Virus record (IMG/VR): IMGVR_UViG_3300032236_001859
Location: 62,001 to 126,000 of that record
DNA: 64,000 nt
Reading direction: 5' to 3' (one strand)
Shown: positions 36,826-48,547 of the stretch, in pieces
How positions within the stretch are numbered: the stretch's first letter is position 1
How the letters are laid out: each line of letters opens with the position of its first letter
Translations under genes and position numbers: made by a program
The notes under the pieces: generated by a model
Database searches by the model: none
Seen by the model: the letters and a program-made list of their open reading frames with translations, nothing else
Told to the model about the DNA's origin: nothing

Positions 36826-39516
36826 TCAGACCACGAGATCCATTTCACCATTGTTCAACGGGATCGGGATCGTGGCATTGATGCGGACGACGACGCGATC
36901 GAGGAGAACGGCGTGAGGGCGGATGTATTGAATCTCGGCATCAGTGAGCTGACCACCGAGTTCGTCAGTAGCCGTGTCGGTGACGAGATGTTCGATACCA
37001 CGATTGATCGAGGTCTCGATGAGCTTCAGTGCACTGGGGACCACGTTGGCCTTGCCAATGTACCGGCCGAGTAGACTCAGGAAGTAGTACGAGATCGAGT
37101 CCACGTTGACGGTTGCGGAGTCTTCAGCCTTCTTGGTATCCGAGAGATCAGTGGTGAGCTGCTTGCGGATGAAGGCGACGCCATCGGGGGTCTGGGTGAC
37201 AATGTAGACCCCGTAATTGGCGATGCGATCAAGCTGGTTGGCAAAGGTGACCGTGGACTCACTGAAGTCATCCCAGTCGGTGACTTCGGCGTTGGTGAGG
37301 CCTTGGTGGGGCAGCGAGGCCCCACGGTATGCGGCGAGACCAGCGGCGAGGAAGTAGTTGGCGACTTTGACACCACCGCGACCGGGGTTCGGGGGGAACA
37401 CAACGGTGACGCGACGGTTGGCGTGGTGAGCGGCGCGGCGACCATAGTCGTCGGCTTGTTCATCCACGGTCATGGGATGCCAGATCTCGTAGAGCGAGGG
37501 GACGCCGGATGGGGTCGTCGCGGATTCCACGAGGTTGATGTCTTCTTCGGAAACCACGGAGTCGACTGTGAAGGTCGAGTAAGTGGTGCCACCGAAACCA
37601 TCACTGGTGTACTTGGCACGGACGATGTCACCGGGGATGATACCCTTGGTGATGAACTGGCCATCGACGTCGTGGAGACGGTTGTATTGGGTGCCACCCA
37701 GGGGATCCGTGATCGTGGCGAAACTCTGGGTTTGATCAGGACCACCGATGATGGCCTTCTCGGTCACCAGGGCTTTGCCGTACATCGCGGTGGCCCAGCG
37801 GCCAGCGGTTGCTGTGCTACGACGGTTGATCTCGGCATCCACGGCAGCGTGAACACTTTCATCATGGGTCTGGGGAACGATACGATAGAAGTCGTCACGA
37901 TCCTTGAGGGTAGCCAAGGCAGCCTGATACCCGGCGAGGTCATCGGATGCAATGGGGAGAACTTTGACAACCATTCCAGAGGCCATGGCGAGGGCACGGC
38001 GGACACCGTAGCCGAGGACACCGTCGACGAGGTCCGCACCGACCAGAGATTGGGCAGTGGATTCATCGGCGACATCATGGGTCTTGTTCGCGATTGCCGT
38101 GTTCAAGGCGCGGGTGTCGATAACGGCGTCACCGGCGACAACACTCAGGGCCAGGGCACCGCCGCGTTGATGCGTGGTGGTAATCCCGGCTTGGAGCGTC
38201 AGCGCAGTGGCCGAGGTCACCCAGTTCTTGTTCGGGGGACTCGACAACCGATTCGCGGGGATCTCGAGATCTCCGATAATGGCGAGTTCGACTTGGAGGT
38301 CGACACCACGGAAAGCAGTGGGCAGCGTGTTGGCCAAGATGAGTTCGTTGACATCACCAATGGCTACTGCGGTGGCATCCAGGGTCCATTGATCCCCGGC
38401 GACCAAGACGGCGTTGCCAGCACTGAATGTGAAGCTGACACCTTTGGTACCAATGGGAACCGCGGTGGCCCCGACGACAACGGGAACCCCGGCGTCAGTG
38501 GCATCCGTGGTGGACACCGTGATTTCGGGACGGTTGGCGGCAGCGGGGTCAGTCCATTTGCCACCACGGGTTACGGTGACCACGTAAGTGGTACTCGTTG
38601 CCCCGGAGTAGGAGCCCGCAGGGGTAATCGTGGGGGAGGTGTAGGCCTGGGTGATCGCCCAGCTCCAGGAGTTTCCAGTTTTGAAGTCGTCAGTGAAGTC
38701 ACCGGGGGTGGAACCATCAGCGGTGAACACGATGGAGGCGCCACGGGAACCAATCGGGGTCGAGACCCCGTAAGTGATGCCAGTGATGATTTGTTCGGGG
38801 TCTGTTCCACTCAGGGAGGTCACCCGGAGGCGAACATTAGCGAGCAGATTACTTTCAGAGCCCACGAGGACTTCGATGAGATAGGTCTCGTGCATGGCGC
38901 GGGCACCCTGGCCGGCGTAATTCACTGCCGAGGGGGTCGCGACGACCACTGAGGTGTTGCCCGCATGCGGGGTCAGCGTGGATGCCGCACCTTGGGTGGC
39001 CACGTTGGAGCCCCCAACAGCGACGATACCGGGTCCACCGACACCGGGGATCGGGGTGTTGGGATCCACGGATCCATCGAAGCCCACGATTGAGGTCACG
39101 AAGGCGGCGGAGCCATTGTTGACGCGGACCCAGTCACCGACAACGGGATCAAATGGGATTTCAGCGGCGCGAGAGAACAAACCGTTGTTGACCCAGTTGA
39201 AGGTGCCAACACTGGCTTTCAAGCGATTCGCCTTGCCAGCCACGGTACCAATGTTTTCCGAGGCTGGGATCAGACTATAACGCTGAGCCGCATTTCGGAG
39301 TTCAACACTGGTGTAGGCTTGATCAACGATATCACCAGCCTGCTTATTCGGCCAAGGAAACGCGACCTGGCTTCCAGCATAGGCGCCCAGGGCAACCGCG
39401 AGCTGGACTCGATACGCGGGTCCGAGGACCAAGGCGCGGAGTTGGCGAGTCGTCGCCGAAGCAGACGCCGTGAAGAGCTGATTGATCGCCCACTGCGGCA
39501 AGATTTGATCGACCAT
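36826..39516 (-). CDS. Tail sheath protein (896 aa)
   Basis: Sheath C-terminus: RKQLTTD...NVDSISY...YIGKAN...DRVVVRINATIPIPLNN. Confidence 0.85.
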   Translation of the reverse strand: MVDQILPQWAINQLFTASASATTRQLRALVLGPAYRVQLAVALGAYAGSQVAFPWPNKQAGDIVDQAYTSVELRNAAQRYSLIPASENIGTVAGKANRLKASVGTFNWVNNGLFSRAAEIPFDPVVGDWVRVNNGSAAFVTSIVGFDGSVDPNTPIPGVGGPGIVAVGGSNVATQGAASTLTPHAGNTSVVVATPSAVNYAGQGARAMHETYLIEVLVGSESNLLANVRLRVTSLSGTDPEQIITGITYGVSTPIGSRGASIVFTADGSTPGDFTDDFKTGNSWSWAITQAYTSPTITPAGSYSGATSTTYVVTVTRGGKWTDPAAANRPEITVSTTDATDAGVPVVVGATAVPIGTKGVSFTFSAGNAVLVAGDQWTLDATAVAIGDVNELILANTLPTAFRGVDLQVELAIIGDLEIPANRLSSPPNKNWVTSATALTLQAGITTTHQRGGALALSVVAGDAVIDTRALNTAIANKTHDVADESTAQSLVGADLVDGVLGYGVRRALAMASGMVVKVLPIASDDLAGYQAALATLKDRDDFYRIVPQTHDESVHAAVDAEINRRSTATAGRWATAMYGKALVTEKAIIGGPDQTQSFATITDPLGGTQYNRLHDVDGQFITKGIIPGDIVRAKYTSDGFGGTTYSTFTVDSVVSEEDINLVESATTPSGVPSLYEIWHPMTVDEQADDYGRRAAHHANRRVTVVFPPNPGRGGVKVANYFLAAGLAAYRGASLPHQGLTNAEVTDWDDFSESTVTFANQLDRIANYGVYIVTQTPDGVAFIRKQLTTDLSDTKKAEDSATVNVDSISYYFLSLLGRYIGKANVVPSALKLIETSINRGIEHLVTDTATDELGGQLTDAEIQYIRPHAVLLDRVVVRINATIPIPLNNGEMDLVV

Positions 39517-40295
39517 TACTGGACTCCTTGTGGTGATGTACCCAGGGTAAAGGCTTTGAGACGGGGCGCTAGAGCCTGGAGGGTCCAGGCATATTCGTAG
39601 ACGTATTTGAGGTCAACTGCGATGCCGACCTGAGAAGCCGTATCATTTAAGGCACCTTCTTCGCCCATTCCGGTGACCGCGAAGTCATGGAAGGGAAGGC
39701 TATCGCGAATCGCAGGAGACATGAACGAAAGGAAATCGAAGACTTCTTGGGCGAGATCCTCGGCTTCGCCACCGACATCGGCGATGCAGAAGATACGATG
39801 GGCACCCGTGATGAACCTGCTGTGCTGCGTGATCCCCTGCATTTGTTCCGTGCTGTGATCCAGGCTGCGGCTCTGGGTGAGGTCATCCATGCTATGTCTC
39901 GTGGATTCCAGGGCGAGACGCTTGACGACCAACGCAGGATACTGCCCGGATCCCGAGGGATCAAAAATCACGGATTTCACGATACGAATCTTGGATTCAG
40001 CAACCTTCTCGGAATACACGAATTGACGGAGATTGGGAGTAAGGATCAGGCTGGGATCTGAAAAGTGGTCCTTGAGGAACCGCATGATCAACCCAGTCAT
40101 TGTGCGTGGAGTCAGCCCTACCGCACATAGATTCCGGACCTTGTCGAGGTTGTGACGCCAGATCCAGCCACCACCAGGATTATCCGGTACAGTACCCGCC
40201 TCTATCGCACTGGAGGGCGTATCGATTTGCTCACCAAACCCTGTCATCGGGGGTAAGCAGCTCTCATTGCCGGTTTGTGCGTTGCTGGCAGTCAT
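39516..40295 (-). CDS. Tail terminator/completion protein
   Basis: Immediately upstream of the sheath gene; YPALVVKR...EAEDLAQEV pattern. Confidence 0.6.
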   Translation of the reverse strand: MTASNAQTGNESCLPPMTGFGEQIDTPSSAIEAGTVPDNPGGGWIWRHNLDKVRNLCAVGLTPRTMTGLIMRFLKDHFSDPSLILTPNLRQFVYSEKVAESKIRIVKSVIFDPSGSGQYPALVVKRLALESTRHSMDDLTQSRSLDHSTEQMQGITQHSRFITGAHRIFCIADVGGEAEDLAQEVFDFLSFMSPAIRDSLPFHDFAVTGMGEEGALNDTASQVGIAVDLKYVYEYAWTLQALAPRLKAFTLGTSPQGVQ

Positions 40296-40477
40296 GTGAG
40301 TTTGAGTACCGATCGAATCGGGAGGCGTGACATCGTGGCCGTGCAGATCTTCTCGATCCCTTTGGACTCAGCAACACCCCTGGAGTCTCCAGGCTGGAGA
40401 CTATTCAGATCCAGGGTCTGGGGTGCCGGGATCGCGGCGAGCCCACGTGGCTTACGAATTATTGGCTTGGGAGGCAT
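40292..40477 (-). CDS. Small basic protein (61 aa)
   Basis: MPPKPIIRK...; fills the gap and overlaps both neighbours. Confidence 0.45.
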   Translation of the reverse strand: MPPKPIIRKPRGLAAIPAPQTLDLNSLQPGDSRGVAESKGIEKICTATMSRLPIRSVLKLT

Positions 40478-41393
40478 ACGTGCTCTGGTTTGGCAACGGA
40501 ATCTTGTAGGCGACATGGGTTGTCGGGAGTTCGAGTAACCGGAGCCCCAAGATGACATCGACGCCGCGATGTCTGGCCAGCTTCTCGATGTCGCCCTGAA
40601 TCATGTACCGGGTATCCCCGACTGTGCTCGCCCAGATATCCGCGGCTTCTGGAGCCGGGTGGGCCAGGCATCTCACGGATTCGATGACCACGGTGCGGGT
40701 CTCCCCGGTCTCCGCGATCTTGACTGCACGGAGTCCAGGCTGCTGGATCACCCAATACTCCAGGGGATCATAGAACCCCTTGGTAACCCCGGTGCCCAAG
40801 CAGATCGGGCAATTGGAATCCGTGGCCGTCGCCGAGTTCTTGTCGAGGCAGCGCGGGCAGGGGTCTCCGAATTGGCGGGCCTTGATCAGCCAGCCCTTGG
40901 TACCTGCACCACGTGCTCTGGCCTGACCATTGCGGACCCCTTGGATCAAGAGTTCCTTGCGAACGATTTCGCGAACTAGACGCCAGTCATTGTGATTCCA
41001 GATGACATCAAAACTTACGGGGTGCCCCCAGTAGATGACCCCGTTGCCATCGGTGATCTTGAGACGGTAGTACATACTGCGCTCATGCGGCCGCAGCAGT
41101 GGTCTGTTGTCGTACAACCATGGGCGATCCACGATTTCCGAGATCTTCTCCCAGTTGTCATCATTGATGGCGCGCCCCCGGTAGAGCTCGAACTTGTAGG
41201 GGCCAGGCTCCACGAAATCAGGCTTCATCGCCCAGGACACCTTAATAGATTTGTCCACGGCGAGATGATAGCACCCCTCGACCACCATTCGTTTAATGGG
41301 GTCAAACAATGAATCCGTGTTCTTTGGTGGTAGCGCACCAAAGGAAACCCCGGATCCCGGGTAATTGACGACATCAGGTGTGGAGTTCGCCAT
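40452..41393 (-). CDS. Neck/head-closure protein with Zn ribbon
   Basis: CPRC...CPICLGTG..GFYDP motif in the neck position. Confidence 0.65.
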   Translation of the reverse strand: MANSTPDVVNYPGSGVSFGALPPKNTDSLFDPIKRMVVEGCYHLAVDKSIKVSWAMKPDFVEPGPYKFELYRGRAINDDNWEKISEIVDRPWLYDNRPLLRPHERSMYYRLKITDGNGVIYWGHPVSFDVIWNHNDWRLVREIVRKELLIQGVRNGQARARGAGTKGWLIKARQFGDPCPRCLDKNSATATDSNCPICLGTGVTKGFYDPLEYWVIQQPGLRAVKIAETGETRTVVIESVRCLAHPAPEAADIWASTVGDTRYMIQGDIEKLARHRGVDVILGLRLLELPTTHVAYKIPLPNQSTYASQANNS

Positions 41394-41394
41394 G

Positions 41395-42282
41395 TTATAG
41401 GTAGTAGTTGGTGGACCAGGCCCGGTTCATGTTTTGACGCCGCTTCTCCATCTTGAACCACTCATCGAACTCTTTGAAATCATCGTTGGCGATCTGGAGG
41501 TACTCAGCTGCTTTGTTCTGGTCATCAATTGTTATACCCCCGGCTTGGTAGGCCAGCCGGTTTCGGGCGTAACGCTTCGCAGCCATGCGCAGGAGCTCAA
41601 TGCAGGTGCCCTTGAGCCACCAGTACCGGAAGGGGAAGTTGAAATAGGAGTAGGTGTCCACTGGGGGTGGCGTGTTATTCCAGCGGTCGACAACCCATCG
41701 AATCGCCATGGCGATCTCGGTATCATCGAACTCAAAGGAATCGAGAAGGTTGACTTCGCCTTGAGTGGAGTCCCCAAGCGCAGCCCGGATCTCAGCCAAG
41801 GTAATCATTCCCCTGGCCTGGAATGGGCTCAGCAGATTCGGCTCAATGGCGAGGTAGGCGGGATAGGCGTCGACTTGGTAACCGCCATGAACAAACCGGG
41901 AGATCTGTGCCTTGTAGATCCCGGGGCAGAAGTCCTGGCCGGCTTCGAGCTTGAACTCGACGACTCCCTTGCAGTCCTGGCATTCCTTGCTGTCCGGGAT
42001 GAGTTCACCGAGGACATCGAGGAGAAGCCGGTTGCTTTGTTCACCGGGGACCTCGTCGAGGACAAGGAGTCGAATCGCCACGGTCCCCGCGGCCACCTCG
42101 GTTTGATAACCAAACTGAGGTTTCGCCGCTGGGATATTTTCGGGTTCCTTGGCGAGGTCGACAGGTCTGCCTTCCTCATCAACGATGCGGACGACGACTT
42201 GCTTGCGGCTTCCGTTCAACCATCGAATGGTCTTCCAGGTCTCCGCTTTGGATGATGGCCTGATCTCGACGGGATCGATCAT
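41395..42282 (-). CDS. Neck/head-tail adaptor protein
   Basis: EIRAALGD...EFDDTEI...WNNTPP...RNRLAYQAGGITIDD. Confidence 0.65.
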   Translation of the reverse strand: MIDPVEIRPSSKAETWKTIRWLNGSRKQVVVRIVDEEGRPVDLAKEPENIPAAKPQFGYQTEVAAGTVAIRLLVLDEVPGEQSNRLLLDVLGELIPDSKECQDCKGVVEFKLEAGQDFCPGIYKAQISRFVHGGYQVDAYPAYLAIEPNLLSPFQARGMITLAEIRAALGDSTQGEVNLLDSFEFDDTEIAMAIRWVVDRWNNTPPPVDTYSYFNFPFRYWWLKGTCIELLRMAAKRYARNRLAYQAGGITIDDQNKAAEYLQIANDDFKEFDEWFKMEKRRQNMNRAWSTNYYL

Positions 42283-42285
42283 GGT

Positions 42286-43815
42286 TCAGACCTGACGGGC
42301 CGTGCGTTGGCCGAGGACGACGTGACGGTCTTGGGTACGCAGGATGCCCAGGGCGAGACCAACTCGCTCCGTGACGACCTCCAGCCATTCCGCGGCGGCC
42401 ACAGCGGCCTGATCGGGGTGACCGGGTACCAAGAACTCTTTTTCAACCATCATGCCGGTGACCAGACTTCGGATGTCCTGGTACAGGAAGACGCCTTGGA
42501 TGTTTTCTGGGGTGGCCCCGAAGGTGCCACCGAAGTCAACATTGGCGGGGCCATAGCGATCGACGAGGAGGCGGTCGATGAAGTTGAGATCAATCCCTAC
42601 CTTGGCCCATACCGAACCCTTCTTGGGTTCCAGGGGTTCACGGACCACAGACGACAACGGGTAGTCTGAGTTCGGGGTCCCAATCTTGGAGGCATTGACG
42701 ACCTCGAGATCCTGAATCGATTTCAGGGGGTAGCCACTGGAAGTCCAGTCGCCAACACTGGCATCATAGGTGAGTAGGACGGTGTCATCGTAATCAAATG
42801 AGTTCGCAAAGGTGACGATGAGATCGCGGGGGTCCTGGCCCTCGATGACCCCAGTTGGCGCAACAACCAAACCATTAACCGTGAAGCTGAGACCCACAAT
42901 GTAATCCGTGGAGACCACGGGGAACGAGAACGACAGGGTGAGGACTTCGGGGTCAATCTTGTTGAACGCGATCACGGCGGCCTGTAGCGTGGCGTGATTC
43001 GAGATATTGGTGGCCACGTAATCCGTGAAGGTCACCAGTGGGAATGAACCCGTGGCATTGGTGAGGTCGCCCTTGGTGTCGTCGTAATTGGCCTTAACGG
43101 TGTCCCGATCACTGATGACCCCAGCCATGGTGAGGCGGAGCAAGGAGTCCGTGATGAACACGGCATCGTCGGGATACGCGGCGACACCATTAACGGTGAT
43201 ACGGAAACCTTCGCCATCTCGCCCCGTGGGGGATCGGATTGGTTGATCAAAGGTGATGTCGATCTCGGTCTCCCGAGCCGTGATGTCGACGACCACTGGC
43301 GAAGCCGCGACACGGTGGACAACCTGGATGGTAGTGGCCACTGAGGCACCCGCATCATTCCAAACCACGACGGCGTAGTAATGGGTTTCCGGGGTCAGCG
43401 GGATCGGGGCACCGACGACATGAACGAAATAGATGTCCTCGGCTAAATTGTCACGACTGAACTGCGTGGTGCCCACTGGGGGTAGCCCATAGATGGATTC
43501 ACCCACCGCGATCCGCGGTGCTGCCTCGTCGACGAGCACATTGGTGTTCGATGGCAGGCCACCGTAGTTCACCGGGGGTACCGCTGGGTTCAGTATGGGA
43601 TCCAGCGGCGGAGGCTGAATGGCCAATGCAGCGAGATGCGCAGAGATATCTGCGTTGGCCTGAGCCAGGACATCCGCCAGACTTACCACACTGTGGAAGT
43701 ATTTATACCCCAGGATCTCTGGGAATACTCCTGTGGGCTCATCGTGGCGAAGGGTAATCGAAGAAACGTAGTCGCTGCTCGCAGTAAGCCGCGTGACTTG
43801 GGAAGGAACCGACAT
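42286..43815 (-). CDS. Virion protein with tandem Ig-like/SwmB-like repeats
   Basis: Two repeats of F(R/T)xTVNG...DTVxxxYD; SD AGGAG. Confidence 0.6.
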   Translation of the reverse strand: MSVPSQVTRLTASSDYVSSITLRHDEPTGVFPEILGYKYFHSVVSLADVLAQANADISAHLAALAIQPPPLDPILNPAVPPVNYGGLPSNTNVLVDEAAPRIAVGESIYGLPPVGTTQFSRDNLAEDIYFVHVVGAPIPLTPETHYYAVVVWNDAGASVATTIQVVHRVAASPVVVDITARETEIDITFDQPIRSPTGRDGEGFRITVNGVAAYPDDAVFITDSLLRLTMAGVISDRDTVKANYDDTKGDLTNATGSFPLVTFTDYVATNISNHATLQAAVIAFNKIDPEVLTLSFSFPVVSTDYIVGLSFTVNGLVVAPTGVIEGQDPRDLIVTFANSFDYDDTVLLTYDASVGDWTSSGYPLKSIQDLEVVNASKIGTPNSDYPLSSVVREPLEPKKGSVWAKVGIDLNFIDRLLVDRYGPANVDFGGTFGATPENIQGVFLYQDIRSLVTGMMVEKEFLVPGHPDQAAVAAAEWLEVVTERVGLALGILRTQDRHVVLGQRTARQV

Positions 43816-43882
43816 CTTGATCTCCTGACGACGTGTATCTTGGTAAATGCTTCATCTATGGAATAGCCAACCCCATGGCCTA

Positions 43883-46800
43883 TCAGGATCCCGATATGCA
43901 GCCTGAATGCCAGTAACCAACGGCGTCTTCATACCTTCGGCCCCATTGATCCCATGGGGGTCCGTACTTACGCCACTGCATGATATCTGGAATCGTAAAT
44001 GTACCGATATCGACTGTTTGTCCGGCACTGATGACCGCCGACGGTGTCCCGACTATAGACGCTATTGCGTAAACATTGTATTGCTCGCCATAGTCGAGAG
44101 AAATTAAAGCGGATGCGTTTATTGGTGGACCTCTATCCTCTGGCCTAAAACATGATGCAATTGTGGTCATCCACCCCGCTGAAACATTGCATTTCGCCTG
44201 AACCTGATGACAGACCTGGACACCACCCTGTGTTAAGTTCCTTATGTAGTTACCTGAGCTTGGGGTACCCCCATCTGCGATTAACCACTGCCAGGCCCCA
44301 CATAGTGCTGGATAACTCCCGGCCTCGGAATCGCAGAAATGATTAGTGATTAGATGATGCCCGGATCCATCCACCCCATTTTCTATTCCCAGGGTGATCA
44401 TGGATACCACTGACGGATTCGGGATAACGCTGAATACATCTGAATAAGTCCCGTAAGTCGACCATTGTATGGGCGGTGCCGTGATTATGAAGCCTTGTGA
44501 GCGACCCCATGCACCTTCTAACCCACCCTCCCCGCTAGAAGACATCGAAGACGCGTAGTCCATTAAGGGGAACGATAGCACTACTGGGGTGTCACCTACA
44601 TCGGCGGTACCCGAGGATTCGTTACACAGGTATGGATTTTGAACCCCAAAGAAACTAAGTGTCCAGTTTGCTTTACGCAGTCTTCCCTTGTAATTACATC
44701 CTCTCAAGGCGATTTGAACACGTGCAGGACCATAGTTTTGTAGGTACTCTCTTCTGCCACCTGAACCGTTGTTGGGTCCCATATACGTATTGTCGAGTGC
44801 TGTAAATGTAAAACCAACATTATTCCTGTCCCGACGAATAGTGTCCATGAAGTATGACGGGGGTTCTGGGACCTCGAGGCGATCACACGTGAACATGGGA
44901 TGTCCGGGGTTTATATCGCACTTAATCACTTCATTGAGAGGGACATACTTTTTCACAAGTGTCAGCCGACTAATATACCCCTGACAATTACAATCCTGCT
45001 TGGTGTCGTCATAGTTGACCTGCTGCACGCTTCTGAGGCAGTTTACGACTTGGCCTTGAGTGAGTAAGTCGGCACACCCAGTACCGGAGCCCGCAGCCCC
45101 TGGGCATCTGTACAACTCGGGTCCACAACACGACACATCGATATGACCGGCGGATACCCCAAAAGTACCCCACCTGCCTGAGTAATAATTTCCATCTCCT
45201 TCATTATAGTAACCATAGAAATACCCAATGAACATCTTGGAGTCTTCCTCAACCTTCTCCCACGTGGAGTCATCGTCATCGGAGAGATACCAGGTATCGC
45301 TCTGAAACACATAAACGTGTTGACTACAGTAATCAAACTCACAGTCACAGGTAAGGGGCTCCTCGGAACCCCCTGCGCAGGGCGCACCGCGGACAAACAG
45401 TCTGGCAATGCTCGAGGATCCATTTGACCAGAGTTCAACTTCTTCGGGGTTGTATTCATACCCCCCAACACAAATCGAGGATGCCACGACTTCAGCGGCA
45501 TCTGTGCAATCTGTCTCAATGATGCCATCTACGGTAACACTGGTCGGAGTGATATCCACTGCGGAGTGTGTATGACTCTCACAATCCGCACAGGTATCCG
45601 CTGGTGGCGCGCATGTTGCCCCAGTGGGGCCTCGTGGGCCAGTATCACCTGCTCGGGAGTCAGCGCCAGGCGTACCCTGTTGACCGTCTATCCCCTTGGG
45701 GCCTTCGGCGCCTGGATATACATTTCCAGGGGCACCACGGGGACCAATGGGTCCCCTGTTACCATAACTTCCAGGTGGGCCCTGTGGACCCGGATCACCA
45801 TCGGGGCCCTGTAGACCCGTGGGCCCCATGGGGCCATTGATATTTCCACCAGCGGGGCCCACGGGACCCGCGGGACCACGCGGTCCCACTGGACCCGGAA
45901 CACCCTTGTCCCCGGTTTCTCCGATTTCACCGTCGGGGCCCTGGACTCCAGTGGGTCCAAGCAGTCCAAGGGGTCCGGCGTCGCCTTGAGGACCAATACC
46001 ACCGGCTACACCTGCGGGCCCTTTTTCACCTTGTGGACCCGGGATTCCCTGGACGCCTCGGGGTCCCTTGGGACCATCGAGTCCAGGGGCTCCTGGCTTC
46101 CCGGCTAAACCGGGGTCTCCTTTGATTCCACGTACCCCAGGTAAACCTTCGGGCCCCGTGGCACCCTGGGGTCCGATAACCCCTGTAATTCCCTGTGGTC
46201 CCGTTGCGGCTACACCAGTGGGGCCCTGTTCACCCTGGGGGCCCTGGACGCCTTGTTGCTGGGGTCCTTGGGGACCCTGGGGTCCCGTGGTACCTTGAAT
46301 ACCAGTGATGCCATGTGGTCCCGTGAACCCCCGGGGCCCCGTGGCCCCCGCGGCTCCTGGAGTCGTCCCCGGGATGCCCTGGGGACCCTGTGGACCCTGG
46401 GGTGCCCAGGCCTGAGATGACCACGTGGAAAGTGCAGTGCGTGTATAAACAACGGCGACATCAACGGCAAGATAGGTGTACCCCGTGGGTACACTGCCCG
46501 CAGATGGTCGCCCAGAAAGATTACCAACTCCGTTCAGAGCCTTGGTTCCATCGACACCACGGGGTCCCATGACCCCAGTGGCCCCCGCTGGGCTGATACC
46601 AGTGGGACCCTGGATGCCACGTGGCCCCGGTACTCCGACTGGCCCCTGCAGACCCGTGTAACCCAGAGGACCGCTTGCACCCAGTACACCCTGGACCCCA
46701 GGGGCTCCCTGGAGTCCTTGAGGTCCCGCTATACCCTGCGGCCCGGTATCACCAGGGAATCCCTGTAAACCCAGGGGGCCCTGTGGACCCGCGAGGCCTG

Positions 46801-47479
46801 GTCCAGTGATGCCCTGTGGACCCCTTGGGCCACTCAGGCCTTGTGGACCCGTGGCCCCAACGCCGATCTCAGTCCAATCCGCAATAGTATTGGTTCTCGT
46901 GTTTGCCGTGCATAACCACAACGAGAAGTTTCCGGCGTCCTCAATCCAGCGGTCACCCTGAGAATACTCTCTGGCGAGAACCCAACTCCGTGGGCATCTC
47001 CATTCCTTGAATGGGGCAGACAGCGACAGCGGACTCGGGTATATCTTTGCTGCGATTACCCATGAGTGCACGAACCAAATGAAGAGCTCATTGAGGTCGG
47101 TGTCATACCATCTAAAACCGGTGTCAGATCTACTCAAAGAAATCGCGAGTCGTTGTGTTGTCGGCCCAAACTGGACCTGGAGCTCGGAGATATGCCCAGC
47201 GGTGACCACGAGCCCCACGAGTTCCTGGGCAGCGTGGAGAACCGCTGTGGTGCCCTGGAGACCACGTGCTAACCCATGCAGGAATCTTCCAGATATCGAA
47301 GAGTATCCGATGACTTCACTGGGTTCCCCTACGAAACCAGTACCAACGGCGACGACGCCCCCATTGGGGTCGAGTCGCGTGGTATCCATGACTTCAACGT
47401 AGGAATCGGGACCCTCGGCATCAGCGAGAAGCACGGTGGCCAGTCGAGTAATCGTGTTGTTTTGAATTGGCAGAGCCAT
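43883..47479 (-). CDS. Collagen-like fibre with Cys-rich tip (1198 aa)
   Basis: Shared LPIQNN base domain, long GXY runs, HTH sequence motif (His-Thr-His), Cys/Tyr/Trp-rich C-terminus. Confidence 0.85.
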   Translation of the reverse strand: MALPIQNNTITRLATVLLADAEGPDSYVEVMDTTRLDPNGGVVAVGTGFVGEPSEVIGYSSISGRFLHGLARGLQGTTAVLHAAQELVGLVVTAGHISELQVQFGPTTQRLAISLSRSDTGFRWYDTDLNELFIWFVHSWVIAAKIYPSPLSLSAPFKEWRCPRSWVLAREYSQGDRWIEDAGNFSLWLCTANTRTNTIADWTEIGVGATGPQGLSGPRGPQGITGPGLAGPQGPLGLQGFPGDTGPQGIAGPQGLQGAPGVQGVLGASGPLGYTGLQGPVGVPGPRGIQGPTGISPAGATGVMGPRGVDGTKALNGVGNLSGRPSAGSVPTGYTYLAVDVAVVYTRTALSTWSSQAWAPQGPQGPQGIPGTTPGAAGATGPRGFTGPHGITGIQGTTGPQGPQGPQQQGVQGPQGEQGPTGVAATGPQGITGVIGPQGATGPEGLPGVRGIKGDPGLAGKPGAPGLDGPKGPRGVQGIPGPQGEKGPAGVAGGIGPQGDAGPLGLLGPTGVQGPDGEIGETGDKGVPGPVGPRGPAGPVGPAGGNINGPMGPTGLQGPDGDPGPQGPPGSYGNRGPIGPRGAPGNVYPGAEGPKGIDGQQGTPGADSRAGDTGPRGPTGATCAPPADTCADCESHTHSAVDITPTSVTVDGIIETDCTDAAEVVASSICVGGYEYNPEEVELWSNGSSSIARLFVRGAPCAGGSEEPLTCDCEFDYCSQHVYVFQSDTWYLSDDDDSTWEKVEEDSKMFIGYFYGYYNEGDGNYYSGRWGTFGVSAGHIDVSCCGPELYRCPGAAGSGTGCADLLTQGQVVNCLRSVQQVNYDDTKQDCNCQGYISRLTLVKKYVPLNEVIKCDINPGHPMFTCDRLEVPEPPSYFMDTIRRDRNNVGFTFTALDNTYMGPNNGSGGRREYLQNYGPARVQIALRGCNYKGRLRKANWTLSFFGVQNPYLCNESSGTADVGDTPVVLSFPLMDYASSMSSSGEGGLEGAWGRSQGFIITAPPIQWSTYGTYSDVFSVIPNPSVVSMITLGIENGVDGSGHHLITNHFCDSEAGSYPALCGAWQWLIADGGTPSSGNYIRNLTQGGVQVCHQVQAKCNVSAGWMTTIASCFRPEDRGPPINASALISLDYGEQYNVYAIASIVGTPSAVISAGQTVDIGTFTIPDIMQWRKYGPPWDQWGRRYEDAVGYWHSGCISGS

Positions 47480-48514
47480 TCAGTACCCCAATAGAGTCTT
47501 GGTGTCACCGCAGGTCTCAACTAGAGTAGGCCCAGCAGACCTGCCGGCAACTATGAGCGACCCCGCACGCAAAATAGTAGTATCGAGGACTTGAGTGAGT
47601 GTTGTCACCGCTTTGACATGAACGGGTGATAATGTATCGCCGGCGTGGTCGTGATTACATGGGGGCTGCGCCGGCCACGTCGAGGGATCACAGGGCCCCG
47701 TAGGTCCAGTGGGGCCCTGGGGTCCCGGGATGACTCTGCCAGGGTTCCCTGGGGATCCCATGTCTCCAGTGGGCCCCTGGGGGCCTACTGGACCGATGCC
47801 GCCATCATAACCTTGAGGCCCCTGGATGCCACGACCACCCGGAGGTCCCTGGGTTCCAGCTGGACCCAGGGGTCCCTTGTTGCCCTGTGGGCCCTGAGGG
47901 CCTTGTGGCCCCGTAGAAGTTTTCCCTGTGGGCCCACGTGGTCCCTGGATTCCGCGTGGACCAGTGGGACCAACTCCAGTGGTACCTCTTGGACCCCGTG
48001 CACCCTTGGCTCCCCTGGGACCACGATCACCTTGATGCCCGCGTGGGCCCTGCTCACCCTGAGGACCCGGGATTCCGTTTGGACCCGGGTCGCCCTGGGG
48101 ACCCCATGGGCCCTGAACTCCCTGGGGTCCAATGTCGCCAGGAGGCCCCTGTAAACCGTCGCGTCCACGGTTGCCGTCTTTTCCTGGATCCCCGACATCG
48201 CCTTGGGGTCCCTGGACACCCTGTCGAAGCGGACCAGTGGGCCCCTGCGGACCCTGGATACCGCGTGGTCCCGTGACCCCATTAAATCCAGGTATCCCGG
48301 TTATACCTTGAATACCAGTGATCCCCTGGGGGCCCGTAGACCCCGTGATCCCCTGAGGGCCCCGTGGACCCTGGATACCCTGGGGACCCCCTGGACCAGA
48401 TAGACCCCGGGGCCCCTGACCGCCGACGACACCACGTGGTCCCGCGGGGCCTTGTGGCCCCTGAGGACCCGCGACGCCTTTACCAGGAAGAGGGCCTAAC
48501 CAGAGATCAGCCAT
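47480..48514 (-). CDS. Short collagen-like fibre (344 aa)
   Basis: About 260 aa of GXY repeats, then CNHDH and a short beta domain. Confidence 0.85.
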   Translation of the reverse strand: MADLWLGPLPGKGVAGPQGPQGPAGPRGVVGGQGPRGLSGPGGPQGIQGPRGPQGITGSTGPQGITGIQGITGIPGFNGVTGPRGIQGPQGPTGPLRQGVQGPQGDVGDPGKDGNRGRDGLQGPPGDIGPQGVQGPWGPQGDPGPNGIPGPQGEQGPRGHQGDRGPRGAKGARGPRGTTGVGPTGPRGIQGPRGPTGKTSTGPQGPQGPQGNKGPLGPAGTQGPPGGRGIQGPQGYDGGIGPVGPQGPTGDMGSPGNPGRVIPGPQGPTGPTGPCDPSTWPAQPPCNHDHAGDTLSPVHVKAVTTLTQVLDTTILRAGSLIVAGRSAGPTLVETCGDTKTLLGY

Positions 48515-48547
48515 GATGACACCACCTTGATTTCACTATCACAGAGT

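Noticed and set aside
37303-38952. 549-aa + strand ORF inside the sheath gene, and similar + ORFs across the tail module
   Set aside because: Antisense shadows of well-supported minus-strand genes, with no motifs.
13685-43815. Tailocin or eCIS rather than a phage
   Set aside because: Terminase, neck/adaptor genes, a replication gene and an early region indicate a complete phage.
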